64,000 nt of DNA from Candidatus Woesearchaeota archaeon (GTDB lineage Archaea > Nanobdellota > Nanobdellia > Pacearchaeales > GW2011-AR1), in NCBI GenBank assembly GCA_964365855.1, contig CAYIRC010000002.1:1781-65780 (forward strand), in the 5' to 3' direction. This document shows positions 10,701 through 19,516 of this stretch, one piece after another (position 1 is the first letter of the stretch; the number at the start of each line of letters is the position of its first letter). A model generated the notes under the pieces. The model was not told the DNA's origin and did no database searches. It worked only from the letters and a program-made list of their open reading frames with translations. The position numbers and the translations under genes were made by a program.

Positions 10701-11165
10701 GCCGGACATGAATGTGCTTGGCTTTTCTAATTTAACTCTTTCAATTGTTTCCCCGCAATATGGGCATTTTTTTGCATCTCGCGCTTTCTTGGCTCTTATG
10801 CTCGGGCTCAACTCTTTTTGTTTTTCATCGCTAAGTGTAAGCTTTCCGCAATATGGGCAGAAGCTTCTCAAAGACAGTTCAATTAGAGGAATATATTTTA
10901 TATGCAAAAGAGGCCTTGCCAATTCAATATGCCCGGGATGCCCGGGACATTCTTTTATTCTTTTTCCGCAGGTTCTGCATCTTACCCCTGGGTCTATTGC
11001 TCCCAATCTCAAATCCATTAATCCTCCATCAACTGGGAACCCATCAATATCATAAAGTTCAGGTGTGACAATCTTTGCAGAGCTCATTTTTTTAATCTGC
11101 TCGGGGCTAAGAAGACTAAACCTTAATGCTCTGACCTGTTTCCTGAAATGTAACTTTCTCATCAT
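7713..11165 (-). CDS. rpoA: DNA-directed RNA polymerase subunit A, A' and A'' fused
   Basis: CPGHPGHIEL, NADYDGD active site, then PGEAVGVVTAQSFGEASTQM and ARATFET (A'' motifs) in one ORF. Confidence 0.96.
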   Translation of the reverse strand: MMRKLHFRKQVRALRFSLLSPEQIKKMSSAKIVTPELYDIDGFPVDGGLMDLRLGAIDPGVRCRTCGKRIKECPGHPGHIELARPLLHIKYIPLIELSLRSFCPYCGKLTLSDEKQKELSPSIRAKKARDAKKCPYCGETIERVKLEKPSTFMSGKKRLSPIEIRERLVNIPDDEFKKIGINPKTCRPEWAILSLLLVPSVTVRPSITLESGERSEDALTHKLSDIIRSNQRLWENLNAGAPEVIIEDLWDLLQYHITTFFDNNTPKIPPARHRSGQPLKTMTDRIKGKEGRIRHNLAGKRVNYSGRTVISPDPCIKLNEIGIPYEVAKIITVAESVTTMNIEEMKELIRRGANYPGANYVIRTDGKKKRITDDLKEELCIEIQPGYKIERHLRDGDIVLFNRHPSLHKQSLMAHYVRVLPNRTFRLHPGAAEPYNADYDGDECNIHSPQTEEALAEAKILLDVSKNIISSKNNMNLIGTKADAVTGAYILSKSKLTKEEADQLLFSSGVMNLAKGKEISGREVFSQILPKGSSIKVHEEITGANSFGVEDGEMVKIIDRESGRDITMETIDKAFRLGTTYLSRKGYTLSVQDLSVSEKVKKMTDEVVVAAEKKTAEIIKEYESGNLILIPGKTLEETRETRISQVLNEVRTESGRIVQSNFPVDGNVNKMITPKAAGSMLNITQIGCCVGQQILWNKRVSFGYTNRTLSFFKEGDLSPEARGFIKSAFFNGLKPSEFFFGAITGRDSLMDTALRTPKSGYLYRRLVSALQDLKVEYDGTVRDASENIIQFVWGDDGKDVSKLHLKENKVAPGEAVGVVTAQSFGEASTQMVLRVFHHAGVAQMQITLGLPRLIEILDARKIPSTPSMEIYLERGFNNEKEARVIAEKIKEVKLKEIISEIKIDFGNKKIEIELDAKALKSVHVGAQKIIERLNEKLINAKGKDFKISINVSDLDFKAIYKLKEKLKDTIISGVKGITQVVVSNKGKDFIVLTAGSNMKEVREIKGVDKDRMTSNDIYDVNNVLGIEAARQTIINEIKKIIESQGLDINERHLKLVADSMTSSGVIKGVTRMGIISDKASILARATFETPDKQIINATMHGGRDELKSVIENILLNQPIPVGTGLPGLLVRVTGPLVNKELEKEKKKKED

Positions 11166-14100
11166 TGCTCGTATTTATTCTTTAATTCAAAGCTGGTATG
11201 AATGCCAAATCCTAATAACTCATCTACCAGTAATTTAAATGCATATGAAATCTCAATAGGGTCTGATTCTGCACCACCGCATAATGGGCATACTGTCTTA
11301 TTTCTTATAGTATCTTCATATCCAATGCTTCCGCAGTGTTTGCATACAAATATAACAGTTTTATCAGAATCATATCTTTCTTTCAACAGCAATGAAGCTC
11401 CATGTCCTGCCAATGCTTGCTGCTCCATTTCTCCTAATCTTAATCCTCCGCCTCTTGCTCTTCCTTCAATTGGTTGTCTTGTAAGCAGAGCAACTTTTCC
11501 AGATGCTCTTGCATGCAATCTATTTTTTACCATATATTTTAATTTCAAATAATACATATTCCCAATGTAGATTTTAGCATCCATTTTCTTTCCAGTTATT
11601 CCATTGTACATTGTTTCTTTTCCGTCGTAACTAAAGCCCATTTCTTTCAATTGTACTTCTAATTCTCCAACACTCTGTCCAGTAAAAGGAGTGCCATCAA
11701 TTATTTTTCCAGTTGTTGCAGCAGTTTTGCCTGCAAGCAATTCTATTAAGTAACCGATAGTCATTCTGCTAGGTATACCATGAGGATTGAACATTAAATC
11801 TGGCCTGACTCCTCTTACTGTGAATGGAATATCCTCCCCATTTGCAATTAGTCCAACAACTCCTTTCTGTCCATGGGGTGTAGAGAATTTGTCTCCTGGT
11901 TCTGGCAATCTTGAATCTCTTGTTCTTACTTGCGCAATTTTATTTCCTTCATGGTCAGCTGTAATAAAAACAGCATCAACAGTTCCTCTTTCTTCTTGCC
12001 TTATTGCCGAGCTTGCTTCTTTCTTTGCTTGTATGCTAATATCTTTTGCCTCACTTAAGAATTTAGGAGGAGTTAGTTTTCCAATTATAACATCACCTTC
12101 ATTCATATCAGCTTCAGGATATGCAATTCCATCATCTTCTAAAAATTTATATGAGGCTTCTGTTCTGTATCCTGAAACGTCTTTTTGAGGCACTGTAATC
12201 TCATCTGCTAACCCGCCAGCATACTGTAATTCAGTCGCAGAATATGGCCGGAAATAAGTGCTTCTTCCCATTCCTCTGTCAACACTTGCTTTGTTTAGAA
12301 CAACAGCATCTTCAATATTATACCCTTCATATGGCATTATTGCAACAATAATATTTTGTCCTGAAGGATAAACAGCTAAAGTATCATATACAAAGCTTCT
12401 TACAAGAGGCTTTTGTGGATAATGAAGAATAGAAACATCTGTATCTAATCTTACAAGATAATTTGCAGCATAAATCCCAAGCGATTGCTTTAATGTCTTG
12501 CTTCCTCTAAGTAGCCTGGATGACTGGTCGTGGTTTGCAAATGGAACAAGGCTTGTTATTACGCCAAATAAATCAATAGGATTAATTTCCAAGTGAGTAT
12601 GGTCTTTAGTTATTTCTTCTGTTCTTAAAGCAACTAATGCATTTTCTTCTTCAGCAGCATCAATGTATTCAATTAGTCCTTCATTAAGAAGATCTTTCCA
12701 TTTTATTTTATTTTCTTCCAATAAAACAAAATGTTCATCTTTTAATTTACTTGCTCCATTTTCTACAACAATTAGTGGCCTTAATACTCTTCCAACTTCA
12801 GTTGACATTGTAATCTGGCCTAGTAATTTACTGCTCCTTGTACTTAATTCCTTTGGAAATTCATCAGCTCTTCTTTTTTCTCTAACCCTCTTTGTAAAAT
12901 CCTCATTAGCAAAGCCGATAAATCTTCCATTAAAGAATACATCAAAGTCTCTATTTTCTTTAACTAATCCGCAATCTATAAATTTCTTCATTAAAGAATT
13001 TTCATCAAAACTTATAGCAGTAGATATTTTAGCCATAATAGCTAAATTTTTTCTCAATCCAATCTCTGTTCCTTCAGGTGTTTCTGTTGGGCAGAATCTT
13101 CCATAATGGGTTGGATGTAACGTCCTTGCCATGAAGTTTTCCTGCTCCCCCGGCAAAGTACTGGAAACTCTTTGAAGTTGTGATAGCATTGCGAGATAGT
13201 TTGTTTTGTCCATATTTTGTGTGACTCCTGTTTTCTCGCCAATCCATGAGCCTGTGGCAATTGCACTTTCAATTCTTTGGCTGAATAAAGTTGACTTTGC
13301 TATTGTCTTGACAGAATAAAATTTTTTTCTTCTCGCAACTTTTTGCAATGAATATTGTATATCTCTAACAAGAATACCCATATTAACTCTGAATAAATCT
13401 GTCATTAAGTCACCAGAAAGCTTTACTCTTTTGTTTGCGTAATGATCTTTATCAGTTCTTATCTTATTATCTTCCTTTGCTTTTAGATAAATTCTCAAAA
13501 GCCTGCCCAAAGTAGCTGCTTTTTCATTTCGTGCATTTTTATCAAGTCCTATATGGGGTAATAGAAAAGAGTCCATTCTTTGCTTTACCCTGTCAAGAAT
13601 TTCTTTTTTAGTGCCTTGAATATTAGACTTCTCAGCAATATATACCATTGCATCTTCTGTATTTTGTATATTTGCAAATTCATAAAGATTAACAATCAAG
13701 CAATCATTTTCATATCCTATAACTTTTGCTATTTCAGCCTCTTTTGTCATTCCAAGTGCTTTGAGAACAACAATTAGAGGAATATTTTTTAATCGGCTAA
13801 ACGTAAGTTCAAGAATTCCTTCATTTGTTTCTGAAATAGTTGTAGGTATTCTGTAGGACCCTCTTTGTGAAAATACCCTTAGTGTTAATCCCAATCTTCC
13901 TTCCTCAATGAACGGTTGGTTTGGAGCAAGGTCCTCGCTCATTACCATTACTCTCTCATTTCCATTGATTATAAAATAACCTCCGCAATCAAGCGGGTCC
14001 ATATAATTTGCTATTAATTCATCTTTGCTCATGCCATATGTATTGCATGCAGCGCTTCTTACCATAACAGGTATTCTTCCAATTTCAACTTCAGAACTGT

Positions 14101-14407
14101 CGCTTTGGTCGCCATATTTTACAGTTAGTTCAGTATATAATGGTGCGGCATAAGTAAGATTTCTAAGCCTGGCAATAGCAGGTGTAACAATTGTTGCGCT
14201 TCCATCAGCTTCGATAATATTTGGTTTCTCTATTCTGATTTTGCCAATTTTTATTTCAACCTCTTCATTGTTTATAGTTTCATTAATTTCATTAATAATG
14301 TGCTGCATTTTATTATTAATAAAGTCATTAAAAGAAATAATGTTAGATTCAACTAGCGAATGCTGTTCTAAATACTTTTTAATTATAATATTTTTATGTT
14401 TTTGCAT
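11162..14407 (-). CDS. rpoB: DNA-directed RNA polymerase subunit B (unsplit)
   Basis: GGYFIINGNERV, CPTETPEG, GDKFSTPHGQKG, GGLRLGEME, C-terminal Zn finger. Confidence 0.97.
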   Translation of the reverse strand: MQKHKNIIIKKYLEQHSLVESNIISFNDFINNKMQHIINEINETINNEEVEIKIGKIRIEKPNIIEADGSATIVTPAIARLRNLTYAAPLYTELTVKYGDQSDSSEVEIGRIPVMVRSAACNTYGMSKDELIANYMDPLDCGGYFIINGNERVMVMSEDLAPNQPFIEEGRLGLTLRVFSQRGSYRIPTTISETNEGILELTFSRLKNIPLIVVLKALGMTKEAEIAKVIGYENDCLIVNLYEFANIQNTEDAMVYIAEKSNIQGTKKEILDRVKQRMDSFLLPHIGLDKNARNEKAATLGRLLRIYLKAKEDNKIRTDKDHYANKRVKLSGDLMTDLFRVNMGILVRDIQYSLQKVARRKKFYSVKTIAKSTLFSQRIESAIATGSWIGEKTGVTQNMDKTNYLAMLSQLQRVSSTLPGEQENFMARTLHPTHYGRFCPTETPEGTEIGLRKNLAIMAKISTAISFDENSLMKKFIDCGLVKENRDFDVFFNGRFIGFANEDFTKRVREKRRADEFPKELSTRSSKLLGQITMSTEVGRVLRPLIVVENGASKLKDEHFVLLEENKIKWKDLLNEGLIEYIDAAEEENALVALRTEEITKDHTHLEINPIDLFGVITSLVPFANHDQSSRLLRGSKTLKQSLGIYAANYLVRLDTDVSILHYPQKPLVRSFVYDTLAVYPSGQNIIVAIMPYEGYNIEDAVVLNKASVDRGMGRSTYFRPYSATELQYAGGLADEITVPQKDVSGYRTEASYKFLEDDGIAYPEADMNEGDVIIGKLTPPKFLSEAKDISIQAKKEASSAIRQEERGTVDAVFITADHEGNKIAQVRTRDSRLPEPGDKFSTPHGQKGVVGLIANGEDIPFTVRGVRPDLMFNPHGIPSRMTIGYLIELLAGKTAATTGKIIDGTPFTGQSVGELEVQLKEMGFSYDGKETMYNGITGKKMDAKIYIGNMYYLKLKYMVKNRLHARASGKVALLTRQPIEGRARGGGLRLGEMEQQALAGHGASLLLKERYDSDKTVIFVCKHCGSIGYEDTIRNKTVCPLCGGAESDPIEISYAFKLLVDELLGFGIHTSFELKNKYEQ

Positions 14408-14408
14408 C

Positions 14409-14615
14409 TTAAACTATTACCCTAAATGATACTACATTTCCATTCTTTTCTTTGCGCTCTATTTTTATTACATCCCCTCTTTGGCAGCCTTCCGGAATTG
14501 CAGAGTCTTCAGATTTTATTTTTGGTAATTGTGATAGAGAAACATTATATTGCTCAAGCAACTCTTTGGTTTCTTCAGGTTTTAATTTTGTATGTTTGGG
14601 CTGTAGGATATGCAT
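14409..14615 (-). CDS. rpoH: DNA-directed RNA polymerase subunit H
   Basis: HILQPKH, QLPKIKSEDS, GDVIKIER; directly upstream of rpoB. Confidence 0.93.
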   Translation of the reverse strand: MHILQPKHTKLKPEETKELLEQYNVSLSQLPKIKSEDSAIPEGCQRGDVIKIERKEKNGNVVSFRVIV

Positions 14616-14787
14616 TTGGAGATATTTATCTTCCAGTAATAATCTCAGGACTCTGGAATTATAAAAATTATAAGACTGGCTTTTTAAATCTTTCGAAGAT
14701 TGCTACTCCTAAGTCTAAAGTTAATTCTCTCTCATTTTTTAAATCTATAATCATTTTATATGCATTATTCTTTATAATTATTTCGCT

Positions 14788-14933
14788 ATGTCAAGGAACT
14801 TGACAAAACTACACCATTTATGGTGTGTAGTTCCTTGAGCACAAGAAAATCATGATTTTCAGGTTCATTAAATTTGCTAGAAGCAAATTTAAGACATCCA
14901 AAAAACTCACAAACTCATCAGAGTTTTTTTGAT
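14788..14933 (+). repeat. modular hairpin repeat (family 2), long copy with two extra internal hairpins
   Basis: ATGTCAAGGAACT...AGTTCCTTGAGCA stem, internal GAAAATCATGATTTTC and TTAAATTTGC/GCAAATTTAA stems, terminal CATCCAAAA...ACAAACTC...TTTTGAT; same ends as 35975-36068 and 57402-57493. Confidence 0.75.
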
Positions 14934-14979
14934 TTTGGCTATTCTGAATATTTATAAATATTCAAGCTTTACGAAAGAT

Positions 14980-17235
14980 ATGAAAAAGCGGGGATTAAGC
15001 AGTGTTGTTGCCACATTATTGCTTATTTTATTAGGCTTAGCTGGTGCAACAGGTATTTATATTGCCGTTAAATCTTTTACATCTTCAAATCTTGATAACA
15101 ATGAAAATCAAGTAGCACCTGTATGCTACGCACTGGATTATAAAGTTGATAATTATACATGCACATCTAATGGTATCATTTCTCTGGCATTAAGAAATAC
15201 AGCCAGGGAAAAAATTGACAGCTTTATAATTGAAGATTATACTAATAAAAAAGTCTTGATTAATTTAGGGTGGCTTGATCTTTATGCCAACAAAACTTTT
15301 TTAGGTTCTCCTTTGATTTCTGCACAAAACTTGGATAAAATTGCAATCATCCCAACTAGGCTTGGAAATAATTGCACAAATATGAAAATGGTCATTAATT
15401 TAAATTGTATAGAATATGCCGATAACATCCTGAAAAATGGTGATTTTGAATATGGACTGCAGTGCTTTAATATATACAACAGAAAATATGCAGGCAGTGC
15501 ATACAATCCCCGTTTTGGCGCATTTGAATTTTCTATATCGCAAGAGACAAGTTCAGAAAAATATGCTGTAAAAATCTCGTGCAATGGGGATGATTGCATT
15601 AGCAATTCTCAAGGCAACAGGGAAGCAGACGTACATACTGATATCTTTTATACTCCAGATAATAAGAAATATAATTTAACAATAGATTACAAATGCACTT
15701 CGGGAGTAGATGCTTTCCCAGTTCTTTATTACAGCGATATTTTAAAAGATATGTGGGGTCTTGGAACTTTGTATAGGTTCAATTGCAATAATGAGTGGAA
15801 TTCTGCAAAAATAGGATTTATCTCAAAAGGAAATCATCTTCAGCTTTATATTAAAATGAAAGTCAAGCCAGAAGCAGAGTATCAAAATGGACAAGAGCTT
15901 ATTATTGATAATATTGTTTTGGATTACAAAGAAAGAAACATGCTGTTAGCCAATTCAAAATATATTGGTAGAAGAAATGCAAAATTGGAAAATAATCTCC
16001 TTTATGTTGATAACAAGCCTTATTTTCCTCTTGTAATATGGAATGTTCCTTATGAAGCTCTTGAAGAAGTGAAAAGCTGGGGCGCAAATGCTGTTTTTTC
16101 TGTTTCTAATTATGCCACAGAGGACTGCTTTAATACAGAACAAGGAGTTTATATGGATAAAGCATATGAGTTAGGATTAAATGTGATTGGAGAATCAGCA
16201 ATGACTGCAAGATTAAAAAATGCAGAAATAATGCCTGTTTCAGTAGAAAAATTTTCAAACCATCCTTCTATTATTGCATGGCAGATTGCAGATGAGCCAG
16301 AGCATCAATTTCCTGATTTGAAAATACCTGCAGATACGCTTAAATCGCAATATGATTCACTAAAGCTTTCTGGCTTAACTTTGCCTATATGGGCTAATCT
16401 ATATCATACTAGCCAAACTTTTATTTCCTATACGCCCAACCCCGGGGGTGAAGGATGTTACCTCTGGGAAAAGGAATCTGATATTACATCACGCCTAAGC
16501 GCATACAGCAATGCTGTTGATTTCTGGGCAGTTGAGCCTCAAATAATGGAAGAATTTGACTTTTTATTTCAAGCCAAAAGAATAAAAAGAATGAATAGGG
16601 CAAACGAAAATATGCTTTTATGGACTGATTTATTCCCGTATATAGGATCAGAGCTGAAAACAGACCAGCCTGCTTTAGTAGAGATGGGTTATTTTTCTAT
16701 TATAACGGGCGGCAAAGGCATCTTGATTGATGGCTATGATACTCTTTCTTATCCTGACAGGCAAAATAGAATTTTATATGTAAAACAATTGTTTAAAGAG
16801 CTAAGCAATAATAATAATGAACTGGCAGATGCTGTTCTTAGCGAGGATATAACAAGCCAATTCGAGGCAAATCCAAGATTCAAATTAGACTATAAATGGA
16901 GTTACAGCGAGAGATGCCAAGCAAATATTGAATATTTAACAGAAGTGTCTAAAGGAATAGATTTTATTGCAAAAAGAAAAGATGGAAAAATATACATTAT
17001 TGCAGTTAATCCTTACGATGCTATAAAAGATGCTGAGTTTAGCTCGCCTTTATTAAATGGAAAAACCAAAGTTAAAGTAATGTTTGAAGAAAGGGAGATA
17101 CCAATAAGCCAGGATTCAACAGGCAAAATCTATTTCACAGACCGTTTTGAAAAAACATTCAATCTAGTTAAAAGCGACGGCAGTTCAAGCTCTGTTACAA
17201 ATGGCATAGAAAGGCATGTTTATATTATTGAATAA
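14980..17235 (+). CDS. archaeal type IV pilin-like domain fused to a CBM4/9-like module and a clan GH-A-like glycoside hydrolase domain
   Basis: Class III signal MKKRG|LSSVVATLLLILLG (start moved to ATG 14980, TTTATAAATA box at 14951); 4-Cys pilin domain; NILKNGDFEYG; LYVDNKPYFPLVIW...WGANAV...DKAYELGLNVI...NHPSIIAWQIADEP. Confidence 0.8.
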   Translation: MKKRGLSSVVATLLLILLGLAGATGIYIAVKSFTSSNLDNNENQVAPVCYALDYKVDNYTCTSNGIISLALRNTAREKIDSFIIEDYTNKKVLINLGWLDLYANKTFLGSPLISAQNLDKIAIIPTRLGNNCTNMKMVINLNCIEYADNILKNGDFEYGLQCFNIYNRKYAGSAYNPRFGAFEFSISQETSSEKYAVKISCNGDDCISNSQGNREADVHTDIFYTPDNKKYNLTIDYKCTSGVDAFPVLYYSDILKDMWGLGTLYRFNCNNEWNSAKIGFISKGNHLQLYIKMKVKPEAEYQNGQELIIDNIVLDYKERNMLLANSKYIGRRNAKLENNLLYVDNKPYFPLVIWNVPYEALEEVKSWGANAVFSVSNYATEDCFNTEQGVYMDKAYELGLNVIGESAMTARLKNAEIMPVSVEKFSNHPSIIAWQIADEPEHQFPDLKIPADTLKSQYDSLKLSGLTLPIWANLYHTSQTFISYTPNPGGEGCYLWEKESDITSRLSAYSNAVDFWAVEPQIMEEFDFLFQAKRIKRMNRANENMLLWTDLFPYIGSELKTDQPALVEMGYFSIITGGKGILIDGYDTLSYPDRQNRILYVKQLFKELSNNNNELADAVLSEDITSQFEANPRFKLDYKWSYSERCQANIEYLTEVSKGIDFIAKRKDGKIYIIAVNPYDAIKDAEFSSPLLNGKTKVKVMFEEREIPISQDSTGKIYFTDRFEKTFNLVKSDGSSSSVTNGIERHVYIIE

Positions 17236-17265
17236 GCTTAAATAAAACAAAACAATTAATTAGTT

Positions 17266-18420
17266 ATGGGCATAATCAAGAATTTAGAGTCACTATTGTT
17301 AAGCACTTTTTTAACTATATGCACAGCTGGGGCGGATTTTCTAGAAAGAAATGTTTGTGACTTTCCTGGATATCAATTCAATCCAAGAGTTAGCAAGAAC
17401 AACAAGGTTGTATGGGTGGATGCAAGAGAAGGATTTTATCTGAGCATTTACGGAAAAGAGCTTCCAGATAGAGGAGAAATTAAGATTTCACAACAAGATA
17501 GATGGTGGGATTCAATGCCATCCATAGAGAATGATAATGTGGTGTGGTTTTCTTATCCTCAAATTGTGCCTACTGGACAGCTGTACAAAAGAAGATGGAA
17601 TTATGAAAATGAAAAACCACTTTTAGAGATAATAAGCTATCCAGGAGATTTTATTCCAATAATAAGCAGAAATATTGTTGCATTATCCTCTTTTAATCCT
17701 GAAGAAAATAAAAGCAAGGTTTCTTTTTTGGATTTAGAAACAGAAACAATGCTTCCAGGAAATATTGAGTATTCTGGCTTTTCTCCAATATCTTTCTCTG
17801 AAGAGTGGACTAGTTGGAATGAAGATGGAAACATTTTTGCATATAATTATCTAACAAAGGAAAAAAGACAGATTACATTTGATAATTTAAGTAAAAGCAA
17901 TCCATTCACAGATGGAAAAACAATTGCTTATGCTCGTTTATGTGAAGATGGCAAAAAGCATGTTTTTGCATATGATTTAGAAACTAAGCAAAAAAGGCAG
18001 CGAACAAACTTTCCAAGCAACCAGGATATCCAAGCTGTTCTTGGAAAAAGGATTGCATTTTCGGATGACAGGCAGGGAAACAATAATTATATCCTTGCTG
18101 TGCAGGATTGCATAAACGGAGAAAGGATTATATGCAGCAAGCAAGGAATTACAGGAGAGCTGTCAATGTCAGATGAATGGCTTGTTTATACAAGGAAAAT
18201 TAATGAGCAAACTGATGTTTTTGCAGCAAGGGTGAATGACGGAGCAGATGTTAATGGCGATTGCAGAGTTGATGTTCTTGATTTGCTTTGTGTAAGAAAT
18301 AAATTGGGGCAAAATCCTGAAACAGGAGAAAATTGGAAAGCAGATGTTAATTTAGATGGAAAGGTTGATGTTTTGGATTTAATTAAAGTAAGAAATAATC
18401 TTGGGGCACATTGTCATTGA
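17266..18420 (+). CDS. secreted beta-propeller repeat protein with C-terminal dockerin type I
   Basis: N-terminal signal peptide; Q.NP.V...VVW.D.R-type repeats; two EF-hand-like repeats DVNGDCRVDVLDL and DVNLDGKVDVLDL. Confidence 0.8.
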   Translation: MGIIKNLESLLLSTFLTICTAGADFLERNVCDFPGYQFNPRVSKNNKVVWVDAREGFYLSIYGKELPDRGEIKISQQDRWWDSMPSIENDNVVWFSYPQIVPTGQLYKRRWNYENEKPLLEIISYPGDFIPIISRNIVALSSFNPEENKSKVSFLDLETETMLPGNIEYSGFSPISFSEEWTSWNEDGNIFAYNYLTKEKRQITFDNLSKSNPFTDGKTIAYARLCEDGKKHVFAYDLETKQKRQRTNFPSNQDIQAVLGKRIAFSDDRQGNNNYILAVQDCINGERIICSKQGITGELSMSDEWLVYTRKINEQTDVFAARVNDGADVNGDCRVDVLDLLCVRNKLGQNPETGENWKADVNLDGKVDVLDLIKVRNNLGAHCH

Positions 18421-18517
18421 CTATTTAATCAAGAAAATAAGCTCTTTTAACAAAGCCCATATTGTAGAAAGGTTTTTTAATCCCATTTATATTTTTAATA
18501 TATAAAGAGGAATTAAA

Positions 18518-19516
18518 ATGAGGATTGCAATTAATGGATTTGGCAGAATAGGCAGGCAATTTTTTCTTGCATCTTTAGAAAAAGGAATGCTGAACGAGAT
18601 TATTGCAATAAATGATATTGGCACATTGGACAATCTAACATATCTCCTTAAGTATGATTCTATTCATGGCAAAAGGGATGAAAAAATTTTATTTAAAGGA
18701 AATGAATTGATTGTTGAAGGAAAAAATATTTTATTCTTTAATGAAAAAGAGCCGGAAAATCTTCCTTGGAAGAAACTTAATATAGATTTAGTTATAGAAT
18801 CCTCCGGATTATTCACAACAAAGCAAGATGCAGAGAAGCATATAAAAGCAGGAGCAAAGCGAGTATTAATTACAGCCCCCGGAAAAGAAGGCATAGATAC
18901 AACAATAATTCCGGGTGTTAACGAAAGAACACTGAAAAAAGAGCATGAAATTATATCAATGGCTTCCTGTACTTCAAACTGTGTTGTGCCTATGGCAAAA
19001 GTTTTGAATGATTGCTTCAAGATTGAAAAAGGATATATGGTAACTACACATGCTTTCACAGCAGACCAAAAAATAGTTGATGCTCCCCATAAAGATTTTA
19101 GGAGAGGAAGAACAGCATCGGTAAATATTATCCCAACAACAACAGGTGCGGCAAAAATGATAGGAGAAGTTATTCCAGAATTGAAGGAAAAAATAGATGG
19201 CTATGCTCTTAGGGTTCCTGTCGCTGATGGCTCTATAGTTAATCTAACTTTATTTGTTAAAAAACAGGCATCTGAAGCACAAGTGAATGATGCTTTCAGA
19301 GAAGCATCTAAAAAAGAATTGAAGGGGATAATTGAATATTGTTCAGAGCCAATAGTGTCTTCAGACATAATTCATAATTCTTCTTCATGCATTTTTGACT
19401 CTCTGTTTACTAAATGTATAGGCAAGATGATTAATGTTATTGGATGGTATGATAATGAGTGGGGTTATTCGTGCAGGTTAGTTGATTTATGCAAAATAAT
19501 TGAAAAGTTAAAATGA
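18518..19516 (+). CDS. gap: glyceraldehyde-3-phosphate dehydrogenase, class I (bacterial type)
   Basis: MRIAINGFGRIGR, SMASCTSNC, NIIPTTTGAAK, WYDNEWGYS. Confidence 0.96.
   Translation: MRIAINGFGRIGRQFFLASLEKGMLNEIIAINDIGTLDNLTYLLKYDSIHGKRDEKILFKGNELIVEGKNILFFNEKEPENLPWKKLNIDLVIESSGLFTTKQDAEKHIKAGAKRVLITAPGKEGIDTTIIPGVNERTLKKEHEIISMASCTSNCVVPMAKVLNDCFKIEKGYMVTTHAFTADQKIVDAPHKDFRRGRTASVNIIPTTTGAAKMIGEVIPELKEKIDGYALRVPVADGSIVNLTLFVKKQASEAQVNDAFREASKKELKGIIEYCSEPIVSSDIIHNSSSCIFDSLFTKCIGKMINVIGWYDNEWGYSCRLVDLCKIIEKLK

Noticed and set aside
7750..13777. Many plus-strand ORFs of 60-170 aa opposite rpoA and rpoB (and similar ones opposite other genes)
   Set aside because: Antisense shadows of real genes with no recognisable motifs.
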